A stretch of DNA of 64,000 nt from Ignavibacteriota bacterium (GCA_963701295.1 OY969585.1:3520001-3584000), one strand, 5' to 3'; shown: positions 31,889 to 41,938, counted from the stretch's first letter. Notes: generated by a model not told the origin, from the sequence alone. Program-made: numbers and translations.

Positions 31889-32302
31889 CTACGCATTAGA
31901 TTGCTTCGCAAATACATACGAGAAAGGTATCGCTATCAGATCCCCTATAACATAGGTCGCGTAGATTATGGCAATCGGTATCGCATACGTCGGAAACCTC
32001 CCTGCAACCAAGAGAGGCAGAATGACTCCGACGAACCACACTACCTTGTAGCTTAGTTGCAATAACAGAATCGGCGCATATTTGAGGGGAGCTCGTAGGC
32101 CGAGTATAGCGAGAAGCCCGAATGATAGATACACACTACCAGTAATTCCAAGCGTGATTGGATCCCCGTTGGGTAGACTGAACACAGATTTCATCACCTC
32201 GGGAACGGCGATTATCCCCAGCCCGATTCCTCCAGCTCCCACAATGGTGTAAATGTACATGAACTTCAGCCAACCCCATCGAACATCTCTCTCTTTGGAC
32301 AT
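31889..32302 (-). CDS. Hypothetical membrane protein (4 TM)
   Basis: RBS AGGAGG before the ATG at 32302; hydrophobic helices. Confidence 0.75.
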   Translation of the reverse strand: MSKERDVRWGWLKFMYIYTIVGAGGIGLGIIAVPEVMKSVFSLPNGDPITLGITGSVYLSFGLLAILGLRAPLKYAPILLLQLSYKVVWFVGVILPLLVAGRFPTYAIPIAIIYATYVIGDLIAIPFSYVFAKQSNA

Positions 32303-32350
32303 TGTTATCCTCCTTTCGAAATTGGGTATTCTAATGCTCAGCATCGAGCG

Positions 32351-32507
32351 GCCTAACGGATGGCAACTAAGCTGTCACGCTGAATATTTTCAATATACAC
32401 AAAACGGAACAAGTTCATGTTGATAAGTTTATTATTAAACACAAAACCTCTACTCGCCATGCTTAACGTACCACGCTCATTTGGTCAGCTTGAGCCGATG
32501 GTTAGGT
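32351..32507 (-). repeat. attC
   Basis: gcctaacggatggcaactaagctg...cagcttgagccgatggttaggt. Confidence 0.9.
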
Positions 32508-32712
32508 TGCGTTTTGTTAATTTCCTTTTTATGTATATTTTTTGCCAACAACTACCTTTCATTTCTAAATAACGGCTAACAAAATGATGTCACGAATTTT
32601 TGACTTCCTCCAATAAGCAAACAGAAACTGTCTATGAAGAAATGATGTCTCATGTGTAACAATTGTTTCTGCCGTTTAAGAAAGTTTATATATATCTTAT
32701 TTAACATAGTAT

Positions 32713-33693
32713 TTATTCATTGAACACTTTAATAATCTTTGATACAGAATAAACAAAGAAATACCCAGCAGCTTTATTGGCAGGTTCAATGTTAGTCGGC
32801 AGGTTTGTTGGTATTTTTAATTGGTCATATATATTATTATAATTAAATTCGTTGTTGCTAGTAGTATTGTTATCAAACTCTTTTAAAAATTCATATTGAT
32901 CTTTATTAAAGTTAAGGCCAACAATACAGATAGTATCTCCTTCATTTATTATACTCATTTGCGGTTCTACCCAATAATCTACACGCCCATTTACAACTAA
33001 TCCAGGAGTATTCACCTTTTTAGTCTTATATTGAAATTCACGACTGGTAAGGTATCCACTTCCAAGTTCATCAGTTATAGTATAAAAACTTTTATTCTTT
33101 ACAATGACATAATAATATAAATAGTCTGGCCCATTATAAAATGTAGTATAATATCCACTATTCTTTACAGTACCTTCAATATTATCACCATTCATGCCAT
33201 AATAGGATGCCATTGAATCGAATCTAACCGGTACTGGCATCATCGTTTGAGCAGTATATATTTCATATTTTCCATCACCGTCAATATCAACATTAGAAAT
33301 ATTTAAAGTATATATATGCCCACCTATACCTCCAACTTTGCCTACTGTTTGATATAATCCAAGCGTGTCTTTATTTTCAATGTAATCAAATGTGTTTATG
33401 CCGTCAGTTACATATATTTTAGCGCCTGAAACAATTGTTTGGGGCCTGCCAGTGATAAGGCTGCCTGAACAATATAATCTAGTGCTGTGAACAATTGTAT
33501 CATTTGTAAATTCGCCATCAACCAGTAACCGTTTATCGTTTGTTTGAATTTCAATATTCATATCCTGTTCGCATGAACTGAAAAGAAAAGCTAATATTAA
33601 AAGACAGAAACAAAGAAGTATATTTTTAATAGGAATTATTCTTTCTGTATTGTAGATATATTTTTGAAACGTCATGTTGCGATACAGTATCAT
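32713..33693 (-). CDS. DUF4249-like lipoprotein, partner of the TonB receptor
   Basis: Lipobox FSSC, 'LLVDGEF', 'PTNI....GYF'. Confidence 0.75.
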   Translation of the reverse strand: MILYRNMTFQKYIYNTERIIPIKNILLCFCLLILAFLFSSCEQDMNIEIQTNDKRLLVDGEFTNDTIVHSTRLYCSGSLITGRPQTIVSGAKIYVTDGINTFDYIENKDTLGLYQTVGKVGGIGGHIYTLNISNVDIDGDGKYEIYTAQTMMPVPVRFDSMASYYGMNGDNIEGTVKNSGYYTTFYNGPDYLYYYVIVKNKSFYTITDELGSGYLTSREFQYKTKKVNTPGLVVNGRVDYWVEPQMSIINEGDTICIVGLNFNKDQYEFLKEFDNNTTSNNEFNYNNIYDQLKIPTNLPTNIEPANKAAGYFFVYSVSKIIKVFNE

Positions 33694-33708
33694 AGAGTTT
33701 TTCGGAAA

Positions 33709-36090
33709 TTAAAAATTAAAACGATACGAAATAGACGGTACAAAACCTAACATAGATACACCTTTCGCATTGATAATGTTAGGATTATCTTGTGAAGTGA
33801 CAAAATCAACATATTGAATGTTGGCGTGGTTTAGAACATTGATAACGGAAATGTTCCATTCGCTATGATAGCGTTTGCCGGGAGTCTGTTCGCTTTTAAT
33901 GGTAAGGCTAATATCAAGCCTTTGATAGGTTGGTAAACGATAATCATTTCGATCAGAATATCCCGCTAATGTTTTGCCCCAGAGATTCATTATATAAATA
34001 GGAATAGTAGTAACCTGACCACTTTGATATCTGTAATTGGTTGAAACTGTTACTCGTTCTGAAATATTATAATTTAAGAACAAATCGAAGGTATGTGGCT
34101 TATCGAAAGGTGAAAGATAAGTTTGCCCGAAGTTAATATCGGGTATTGTACGAAAGCTTCGTGCATAGGTATAACTGACAAAACCATTTATTTTATCGAA
34201 ATTACTTTTTAGCATCAGTTCTGTACCATACGTGTAGCCACTGCCTGTTCGTAATTGTTCTTCAAAATTATAACTGGTTTTATTAATGGTATACATTGAG
34301 CTATTTTCCAGAAAGGTTGCACCGTCTTTATAATCAATAATATTGTTCATGTCTTTATAATAGCCCTCAATACTTGCTTCTAATAAATTATCTGAAAAAT
34401 ATTGTATATACCCTAGGCTGTATTGCGATGCTGTTTGTGGTTTTATATTATTGTCTGACGGAAACCAAATATCAAGAGGCCCTCCGCCATTTGTTTTCAT
34501 GAGCAATTGGTCTTGTTGGGTTGTGTATGTATAACTAGCTTTTAAGGATGAATTTTCAGATACCCTGTAATTAATGCCAAGCCTTGGTTCAACACTGTAC
34601 GAATTTGCATAGGTTTTGTTTTGGGCAACATAAAATGAATCGGCTACCTGATAATTCTGTAAATCATAAACCCAATGTCCACCGATATTTTGATATAAAC
34701 TTGCCCGTATACCATATTTAAAAGATAATGTTTCAGATATTTTTTGTTGGTTTGAAATATACAACGCATGATCGAAAACGCCTTGCTCAGAAACAACCCT
34801 ATTACTGAAAGGCTCTGATTGTGTAATGTTGTCAATGGCTGTTTCATTGCCTTCTAATTTACCGGGCATGAAATCCCTATAAGTCGTTGATGCACCAAAA
34901 TCAATTGTGTTATTGTTATCAGGATAATAATTATACTCAGCTTTCAGCGTAAATTGTTTAATCCCTGAGTTCCAACTATAATCTATAGAACCGTTGCCAT
35001 TGGAAGAATTATAAGCGTCAGAGTATTTGTAATTACTATATATAAAGGAAACATTGCTAAAAAGGTTTGGATTGTAAACATGATTCCAACGTGCAGACAT
35101 TGTGTTGTTATGATAATTAGCATTCAAACTTATCGTAGCATTGTCGTTACCAATGTATGAAGAAATATAAATGCGGTTTTTGCTGTCTAAAATTGCATTG
35201 AATTTACAATTTAGGTCGTAAAACGTTAAATCAACATTAGATTTTATGAGTTTATAAAGCCAGCTTAAATATGAAACCTTCCCCGATACAATAAAAGAAG
35301 CACGGTCATTAACAAGAGGCCCTTCAACACTTAAATCGGAACAAATAATTCCTAATCCTCCTGCCACGTTATAATTTTGCATGTTTCCATCTTTAAGCCT
35401 TATATCAACTATCGAGGACAAACGTCCTCCATAATTGGCTGGAATGTCGCCCTTGTAAATCCTTACATCGTTTACAGCATCATTATTAAATACGGAAAAA
35501 AAGCCCATCAAGTGCGAAATTTGAAATACAGGTGCATCATCGAGTAAAAAAAGGTTTTGGTCAATACTGCCTCCTCTTACACTAATTCCTGTACTCCTTT
35601 CATTTGCTCCCTGTATACCGGGCAATATTTGCAGCGAACGCATAACATCGGGCTCGCCCAGAAATACAGGTAATGCTTTTACATCATTATTTGTCATAGT
35701 CATTTGCCCCATTTGTGCTTGCGATAATTTGGCCTCGGGACTAGAACCGACAACCGTAACTTCACCTAATTTAATCGGCTGAGATGTGGCAAGTTTTATT
35801 ATTATGGTCGTGTCTTTACTTATTTTAAGGTTTATCGATTGGTCAACATAACCAAGGTAGTGTGCGAGAATTTTGCAGTCACCTTCATTTTGTGTGATGT
35901 TAAAGTATCCAAAAGCGTTTGTTGTGACACCTTTTTTGCTTACAGAATTTATTACATAACATCCTATTAAATTTTCACCACTTCCTTTATCTTGCACATA
36001 TCCATTTACAGAAAAAGTTTTTATGCTTTGCGAAAATACCGGCGAAAGAATAAAAAGAAAAATCAGGATTATATAGGTCTGTCTCATCAA
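33709..36090 (-). CDS. TonB-dependent receptor with a carboxypeptidase-regulatory-like N-domain
   Basis: Plug motifs 'VRGGSIDQNL.LLD', 'YGGRLSS'; C-terminal 'PSISYRFNF'. Confidence 0.9.
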   Translation of the reverse strand: MMRQTYIILIFLFILSPVFSQSIKTFSVNGYVQDKGSGENLIGCYVINSVSKKGVTTNAFGYFNITQNEGDCKILAHYLGYVDQSINLKISKDTTIIIKLATSQPIKLGEVTVVGSSPEAKLSQAQMGQMTMTNNDVKALPVFLGEPDVMRSLQILPGIQGANERSTGISVRGGSIDQNLFLLDDAPVFQISHLMGFFSVFNNDAVNDVRIYKGDIPANYGGRLSSIVDIRLKDGNMQNYNVAGGLGIICSDLSVEGPLVNDRASFIVSGKVSYLSWLYKLIKSNVDLTFYDLNCKFNAILDSKNRIYISSYIGNDNATISLNANYHNNTMSARWNHVYNPNLFSNVSFIYSNYKYSDAYNSSNGNGSIDYSWNSGIKQFTLKAEYNYYPDNNNTIDFGASTTYRDFMPGKLEGNETAIDNITQSEPFSNRVVSEQGVFDHALYISNQQKISETLSFKYGIRASLYQNIGGHWVYDLQNYQVADSFYVAQNKTYANSYSVEPRLGINYRVSENSSLKASYTYTTQQDQLLMKTNGGGPLDIWFPSDNNIKPQTASQYSLGYIQYFSDNLLEASIEGYYKDMNNIIDYKDGATFLENSSMYTINKTSYNFEEQLRTGSGYTYGTELMLKSNFDKINGFVSYTYARSFRTIPDINFGQTYLSPFDKPHTFDLFLNYNISERVTVSTNYRYQSGQVTTIPIYIMNLWGKTLAGYSDRNDYRLPTYQRLDISLTIKSEQTPGKRYHSEWNISVINVLNHANIQYVDFVTSQDNPNIINAKGVSMLGFVPSISYRFNF

Positions 36091-36424
36091 ATAATTTAAA
36101 TTTAAATTTAAATTTAACGGAGAATTTTTCTTTTTAGTATCAATAAAGCTTTAAATTTCATCGAAGTTCGGCTTGCACTTAACTATTTCAAAACGCAACC
36201 TAACGGATGGCAACTAAGCTGCGGCACTAAAAACCCTCAAGTTGCCGAAAACGAACCAAGTTTATTATAAAATATTTCAATCAATAATCCCTAAGCGCCA
36301 TGCGTAACATACAAACGCTCATACCGTCAGCTTGAGTTGCTGGATATTACCAAAAAGGAATCTCCCGATTATGTACATTGATAATTCTCTAGGTCACCAA
36401 CATCCACAATCTAAGGAGATTCCC

Positions 36425-37426
36425 ATGTATTACTCAGGTATCGATTTGCATTCTGATAATTGTTTTATCACCACTGTTGATGACACTGGTGCTGTCATCA
36501 AGCGACAACGTGTCGAGAATAACAATGAACGTGTTCTTGATTACTTCCACTCTCTGCCCGGTCCTCATCACGCAGTCGTTGAGTCTACCACAGGATGGTA
36601 CTGGCTCAACGATCTTCTCAGCGATCACGGCATCGAGCTTGTCCTTGCTCACGCCAAATATCTCAAAGCCATCAGTTATGCTAAAGTTAAAACAGATAAA
36701 GTCGATTCGCAAACTCTTGCTCTTCTCTTACGACAGGGACTCATTCCACGGGCTCACAAAATCAGCCGAGAACTACGCGGCCTGCGCGATACCATGCGTA
36801 TTCGTCTACGGCTCGTTCAGCAACGAACTGCCAGTCTTCTGCGTCTCTACAGTATTCAGACCAAATTTAACGGCTCTGTTCCGGATCCGTATCGTTTTCA
36901 ACTTGCTGTCTTGCAACATACCAGAGACACTTTTACTGCTCAGATCCTCTCGCTGGAAAAATCTCTCCATCCTGTGCTGATTCCCAACGACGATATTCAA
37001 CGGCTCTTGCACATTCCAGGTATCGGCAAGCTCACCGCATTCACGGTGTATCTTGAAATCGACGGCATTGAACGATTCGACTCCGATAAAAAGTTTGTCT
37101 CTTACTGCCGACTCGTCCCTGCTGCCGATAACTCCAATCGCTCTGTGCACCATCGCTCCAGCAAAGACGGCAATAAGTATCTCAAAATCGCCTTCTCCGA
37201 TGCCGCTGTTCATGCTATTCAGTACTATCCGGAATACAAACGCTTATTCCAGAAATTAGCTCGTCGCTCCAATGAGGCGACTGCGCGAACCGTCGTTGCC
37301 AAAGAACTTGCGAAGATTGTTTACTATGTCTTAAAAAACAAAACAATATATAAAGGTCTCAAAGGTCAGCCGATCAGCCGGCATAAATCTCAGCAGTGGC
37401 CGCGCCTCTCAAGCCCGCTTTCCTAA
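36425..37426 (+). CDS. IS110-family transposase/recombinase
   Basis: RBS AAGGAG; 'GIDLH', 'VEST', 'KTDKVDS', 'IPGIG', 'SKDGNKYLK'. Confidence 0.92.
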   Translation: MYYSGIDLHSDNCFITTVDDTGAVIKRQRVENNNERVLDYFHSLPGPHHAVVESTTGWYWLNDLLSDHGIELVLAHAKYLKAISYAKVKTDKVDSQTLALLLRQGLIPRAHKISRELRGLRDTMRIRLRLVQQRTASLLRLYSIQTKFNGSVPDPYRFQLAVLQHTRDTFTAQILSLEKSLHPVLIPNDDIQRLLHIPGIGKLTAFTVYLEIDGIERFDSDKKFVSYCRLVPAADNSNRSVHHRSSKDGNKYLKIAFSDAAVHAIQYYPEYKRLFQKLARRSNEATARTVVAKELAKIVYYVLKNKTIYKGLKGQPISRHKSQQWPRLSSPLS

Positions 37427-37700
37427 CTGATCCCGACTGCGTCGGGATCGTTCGCTGGATTGGGAAGAGAGTGCGCTGTGCCGTGGTAATATCTGGAACA
37501 TCTCGCTCGACGAGATACGCTTTCACCATCGTTTCTTCAATGAGTGAATGTAAATCCGTAAACTGGTTTGGACGGCATTGCTCTGGTAATCGCCTGTCTA
37601 TTCGATAGAGAACGCGGCATCGGCACGGATTCGGTCGTCCTTAATGTTAAAGAACTCTGCATTCCGATTGCGCGGAACGCATCGGGAGTATATTATTTAC
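37400..37700 (+). ncRNA. Putative bridge/seek RNA of the IS1111-like element, copy 1
   Basis: Two stem-enclosed loops carrying CCTAAC + GCTGG (target) and GGTAATATC + TAAACTGG (donor junction). Confidence 0.7.
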
Positions 37701-37740
37701 TTGACTCTTTCCTTTTTAAACTGGTTATGTTGCAATTGTT

Positions 37741-39819
37741 TCATTTGAGCAAAACAAGTTTCTTCGTTTCAATAAATAAACCCACTTGTAAACGATAAAA
37801 GTAAATTCCGCTCGAAATAGTAGCCGCATTCCATTGACGTGCATGATTTCCTGTCGACATTTCTTCCGAAACCAGTGTTGCTACTTCTCTTCCTAAAATA
37901 TCAAACACCTTCAACGAGACAAAAGATCTATATGGAAGACTAAACGAAATAGTGGTCGACGGATTAAACGGATTAGGATAGTTTTGTTTAAGAGTGAAAT
38001 GCGTTGGTAAGTCGGTCGAATGTTTTACCACTGAAGTGATCACCTCCGACAACTGACGTCTCCAGACGCCGTCCCCAGTCCCTGCAAAAAGATTCGAATC
38101 GGATAAAGCAAGAGCTTGGACAAAATCGTTTGTTAATCCGGTATTGACTTGAGTCCAACTTGTACCATTGTTGGTAGAAAGAAAGACACCGTCATCCAAA
38201 GTTCCAGCAAAGAGAGTTGTACCGGATACAGCAAAAGCATTGATATAATTAGCGTAATTTCCTGTCAATCCTGAATTGACCGCAGTCCAGCTCGCGCCGT
38301 TGTTGGTAGAAAGAAATACACCACCGCCAGAAGTCCCTGCAAAAAGATTCTGGCCGGAAACTGCAAGAGCTAGAACGGTATCATTCGTCAATCCAGTGTT
38401 GACTTGAGTCCAATTTGTACCATTGTTAGTAGAAAGAAAAACGCCATAATAAGTCCCGGCAAAGAGATTCTGGCTGGAAACTGCAAGAGCTAGAACGGTA
38501 TCATTCGTCAATCCAGTGTTGACTTGAGTCCAATTTGTGCCATTGTTAGTAGAAAGAAAAACGCCATAATAAGTCCCGGCAAAGAGATTTGTTCCGGAAA
38601 GGGCAACAGTAGAGACATGAGTGTTCGTCGGTAACCCTGAATTAACAGCATTCCAGCTTGTACCGCTGTTGCTGGAACGAAAGACGCCATCCCTAGTCGC
38701 TGCAAAAAGATTCGAATCGGATAAAGTAAGAGCTTGAACAGTATCGTTCATCAATCCGTTATTGACTACAGTCCAGTTCGTGCCGTTGTTAGTCGAAAGA
38801 AAAACACCACCGCCTTGAGTCCCTGCAAATATTTTTTTATTGGAGATCGCGAGTGTTAAGACTTGAATATCTGTCAAGCTGGTATTAACATCAGTCCAAC
38901 TAATACCGCTATTGGTCGAAAGAAAGATGCCGGCGTCCCGAGTTCCTGCAAAGAGATTTGTACTGGAGACTACAAGAGCATTGACCCAATTGGACGTTAA
39001 GCCGCTATTAACCGCAGTCCAAGTCGTACCATTGGAAGTAGAAAGAAAGACACCTCCGTTCGGGTACGCAGCAAAGAGATTTGTGCCTGAGACTGCAAGA
39101 GCATTGACACCAGCATACTTTAAACCGGTGATGTCCCAGCCTGCGCCGTTATTGGTGGAAAGAAAAACGCCTCCGTTAGCTCCTGCAAAAAGATTTGTGT
39201 CGTAAGCGACAAAAGCATAGACATTAGTGTACGATAAACCGGTATTAACCCAACTTGTACCGTTGTTAGTGGAACGAAAGATACCACCAGAAGTTCCTGC
39301 AAAGAGATTCGTGTCAAAAGCGGCAAGTGTCCATACACAGGTATTCGTCACGCCGGTATTAACCCAACTTGTACCGTTATCACTGGAACGAAAGACGCCG
39401 CTCCAAGTCCCTGCAAAAAGATTCCCGCTAAATACTGTAAGAGCTGTAATAAAATTGTCTGTCAATCCGGAATTGACCGCAGTCCAGCTCATGCCGTTGT
39501 TAATAGAGAGAAAGACACCCCCGCCAGAAGTCCCTGCAAAGATATTCTTTCCAGAAACTGCAAGAGAAGAGACTTCATTATTTGTCAAGCCATTGCTCGC
39601 CGCAATCCAGCTTGTACCGTTATTGGTAGAGAGAATGACACCACCGTCCCAAGTTCCTACGAAGAGATTCGTGTCTGACACGGCAAAGCAAGTTACGTCG
39701 GAGCTACCGACTCCTTTGGTTTGGATCCATTGAGCACGCAATTGATTTGTAGTTGTGAAGAAAACCAATAATACAAAGAGAAATCTGCTAGAACGGACAA
39801 TTCGGAAAATATTTTTCAT
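37741..39819 (-). CDS. Secreted beta-propeller repeat protein with T9SS CTD (paralogue of 13964..15276)
   Basis: About 14 'NLFAGT..GVFLSTNNG..W' repeats; CTD. Confidence 0.85.
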   Translation of the reverse strand: MKNIFRIVRSSRFLFVLLVFFTTTNQLRAQWIQTKGVGSSDVTCFAVSDTNLFVGTWDGGVILSTNNGTSWIAASNGLTNNEVSSLAVSGKNIFAGTSGGGVFLSINNGMSWTAVNSGLTDNFITALTVFSGNLFAGTWSGVFRSSDNGTSWVNTGVTNTCVWTLAAFDTNLFAGTSGGIFRSTNNGTSWVNTGLSYTNVYAFVAYDTNLFAGANGGVFLSTNNGAGWDITGLKYAGVNALAVSGTNLFAAYPNGGVFLSTSNGTTWTAVNSGLTSNWVNALVVSSTNLFAGTRDAGIFLSTNSGISWTDVNTSLTDIQVLTLAISNKKIFAGTQGGGVFLSTNNGTNWTVVNNGLMNDTVQALTLSDSNLFAATRDGVFRSSNSGTSWNAVNSGLPTNTHVSTVALSGTNLFAGTYYGVFLSTNNGTNWTQVNTGLTNDTVLALAVSSQNLFAGTYYGVFLSTNNGTNWTQVNTGLTNDTVLALAVSGQNLFAGTSGGGVFLSTNNGASWTAVNSGLTGNYANYINAFAVSGTTLFAGTLDDGVFLSTNNGTSWTQVNTGLTNDFVQALALSDSNLFAGTGDGVWRRQLSEVITSVVKHSTDLPTHFTLKQNYPNPFNPSTTISFSLPYRSFVSLKVFDILGREVATLVSEEMSTGNHARQWNAATISSGIYFYRLQVGLFIETKKLVLLK
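38341..38580. repeat. Near-perfect 120 bp intragenic tandem duplication
   Basis: 38341-38460 and 38461-38580 differ at only a few positions. Confidence 0.85.
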
Positions 39820-39857
39820 ATGTTCATCTTTTGTGAAATGGTAAAATATCAATTGCA

Positions 39858-40011
39858 ACATAACGGACCGGCGCTAAGCTGCGGCGCTGATAATTTTCAA
39901 TATCTACTAAACGAAATGAGTTCATGCTGGTTCTTTCAAATTACACCAAGCCTTTGCGCGCCATGAATTTTGCACTACGCTCATTCCGTCAGCTTGAGCG
40001 CCTGGTTAGGG
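39858..40011 (-). repeat. attC
   Basis: Consensus arms present. Confidence 0.92.
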
Positions 40012-40023
40012 CGCAGCTACATA

Positions 40024-40052
40024 TTGACAATGTATACTCATTGTAGTATATT
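40024..40052 (+). promoter_or_regulatory. Sigma70-type promoter with a palindromic operator for the TA cassette
   Basis: TTGACA-17 bp-TATATT; ACAATG/CATTGT inverted repeat across the spacer; ATG 5 nt after the -10 box. Confidence 0.8.
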
Positions 40053-40057
40053 TACTT

Positions 40058-40339
40058 ATGAACATCATCTGGGATGAAGAGAAAAACAACAAACTAAAGA
40101 AAGAACGCCACATTTCGTTTGAAGAAATCGAATCATTAATATTGGCAAAGAAATATATAGAAATAGTGAAACATCCAAAACGTATTGGCCAGAGAGTTTT
40201 TATAATTCCAATTAAAGGATATGTACACGCTGTACCGTTCTTGTTAGATGATGACAACAATATTGTTTTGAAAACTGCGTTTCCAAGTCGGAAATTTCAT
40301 AAAAAATATGGACAAAAGAACAATGAAAACAAAACTTGA
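40058..40339 (+). CDS. BrnT-like toxin
   Basis: 'WDEEKN..LK.ER.ISFE' motif; overlaps the downstream antitoxin. Confidence 0.8.
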   Translation: MNIIWDEEKNNKLKKERHISFEEIESLILAKKYIEIVKHPKRIGQRVFIIPIKGYVHAVPFLLDDDNNIVLKTAFPSRKFHKKYGQKNNENKT

Positions 40340-40622
40340 TAAATACGAAAAAGAAATAGAACGATCCGCTAATTCCTACCATTCAGTATCGAAAAATGAG
40401 CGGAACAAAATAGAAGGCGTCTTAGATCGCATAAGAAAAACTAGAAACGTAAATATTCGCCTTTCTGAATCCGTCTTGGAACAACTGAAACGACGTTCCC
40501 GTGAAGAAGGAATCCCTTATCAGACACTTATTTCTAGTGTTTTGCATAAATTTGTTACCGATCGTCTTATAGACGAAGCCGCTATAAGAAAGTCTGTACG
40601 ACTGCTTCATTCTGCCCAATAG
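40323..40622 (+). CDS. BrnA/CopG-like RHH antitoxin
   Basis: 'VNIRL....L..LK.....EGIPYQTLI.S.LH'. Confidence 0.8.
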   Translation: MKTKLDKYEKEIERSANSYHSVSKNERNKIEGVLDRIRKTRNVNIRLSESVLEQLKRRSREEGIPYQTLISSVLHKFVTDRLIDEAAIRKSVRLLHSAQ

Positions 40623-40662
40623 CCCCACAATAACTTCAGTTAATATTGGATTATGCTGCGCT

Positions 40663-40861
40663 GCCTAACGGATGGCAACTAAGCTGACGCACTGATAACT
40701 TTCAAAATGTACTGAACGAAACTGGATTTCATGCTGAATACAAAATTAATTAATACTAAAGTTATGAAGTACAATAAACGTATTAATAAAAACGATAACC
40801 CACCACCAGCCATGCGCAACGTACCCGGCTGGCAACCGTCAGCTTGAGCGCCTGGTTAGGC
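40663..40861 (-). repeat. attC
   Basis: Consensus arms present. Confidence 0.9.
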
Positions 40862-40892
40862 AGCATCCATCGATCAACCGCCAGCGAGGTGT

Positions 40893-41888
40893 TCATGGCT
40901 GCGCGAGAAACCGTCGAATGGCATCAGCCACTTTTATGGAGTCCGACAAAAATACATAATGGTTATTTACTTGATAGTTTGTCTGCTTAAGTTCCAATAT
41001 TTCACCGTTACGCATCTCACGTCGAAAGCGCGCACGCTCGGTTGATAAATAATCGATAGCCCACTGCCCATAAATCGTCGTCGTTCGGCGTTCAGTGGAA
41101 TCCATTTGCGCCCACCTAGAAGGCAAAACAATGAATTCGGGTGACTCACACATCCGATAAATGGCGAGTGCTGGTGCTGAAACCTGCGAGTATGGCGGAT
41201 GCTCCGATCCCCGAAGGAAAACCACGGTGAACGAATCAGGTGTAACATCGCGCTCAATCTTGCCACTTGCATCGAAAACGTACCAAGTTCGTATTTCTGC
41301 CTCAGGCAGCGGATACCCTTTGGCTGCCCAAAAAGCCCGAACAGCTCCCGGTGATGCGGAATCAGCTGCTGTCATGGGTTTGGATTTTACAAATTTAGGT
41401 TGGTTGAGCTGAGCCGTGTGATCGTATGCGGCATCCAGATAAACGAGTCGGCGAACGCGGCTCGGGAAGCGGGCGGCAAGACCGGTAAGTTCGCCTCCTG
41501 CAATTGAATGACCAATGAAGGAAGCACGCGCCACACCTAATGAATCGAGCAGTGACACGAGATCTTTAATCCGTGTCTCAATATCGTATCCGTATGCTGT
41601 CTGGCTCGAGGCGCCAAACCCACGGCGTGTCACTGCCATCACATGGAAGTGGTCTCTGAACTGTGGCGCGAAATCGTCGTAGACATGGGCGGAGAGTCCA
41701 AGACCGGAGAGGAAAATCAATGTATCTCCTCGTCCTCCCCAATCAAGCACTTCCAAGCGTACGTTCGGTGCGACCGTAACAAACTGTATACGATGCGGCG
41801 ATGGATCCGTCCAAGTCTGTGGTGTCGCAGACTGAACAAGAGCGATCAGCAGAACGAAGACTAAGCCACTAATTTTATGTGTATTCAT
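40893..41888 (-). CDS. Secreted alpha/beta hydrolase
   Basis: 'RRGFGAS', GHSIAG; signal peptide; higher GC than neighbours. Confidence 0.85.
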   Translation of the reverse strand: MNTHKISGLVFVLLIALVQSATPQTWTDPSPHRIQFVTVAPNVRLEVLDWGGRGDTLIFLSGLGLSAHVYDDFAPQFRDHFHVMAVTRRGFGASSQTAYGYDIETRIKDLVSLLDSLGVARASFIGHSIAGGELTGLAARFPSRVRRLVYLDAAYDHTAQLNQPKFVKSKPMTAADSASPGAVRAFWAAKGYPLPEAEIRTWYVFDASGKIERDVTPDSFTVVFLRGSEHPPYSQVSAPALAIYRMCESPEFIVLPSRWAQMDSTERRTTTIYGQWAIDYLSTERARFRREMRNGEILELKQTNYQVNNHYVFLSDSIKVADAIRRFLAQP

Positions 41889-41938
41889 TGTATCCTCCGT
41901 GAAATTGGTTTGGGATCAAATCTGTTCATTGCGTTGCA

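Larger units (their letters stand above)
36344..37720 (+). mobile_element. IS110-family element, IS1111-like, copy 1 (1377 bp between CTGG cores)
   Basis: Sub-terminal inverted repeat AAAAAGGAA/TTCCTTTTT, long non-coding right end, CTGG on both sides. Confidence 0.92.
36198..37730 (-). repeat. attC interrupted by IS1111-like copy 1
   Basis: acctaacgga...cttgagttgctgg[IS]ctggttatgt. Confidence 0.88.

Noticed and set aside
36332-36424. N-terminal extension of the IS transposase in the ORF track (also at 42737)
   Set aside because: It starts outside the element, inside attC; the ATG at 36425 has an RBS and the typical GIDLH start
39227-39733. Antisense ORFs with repeated 'ERKTPP' motifs (also 14406, 38912)
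   Set aside because: Shadow frames of the repetitive propeller genes
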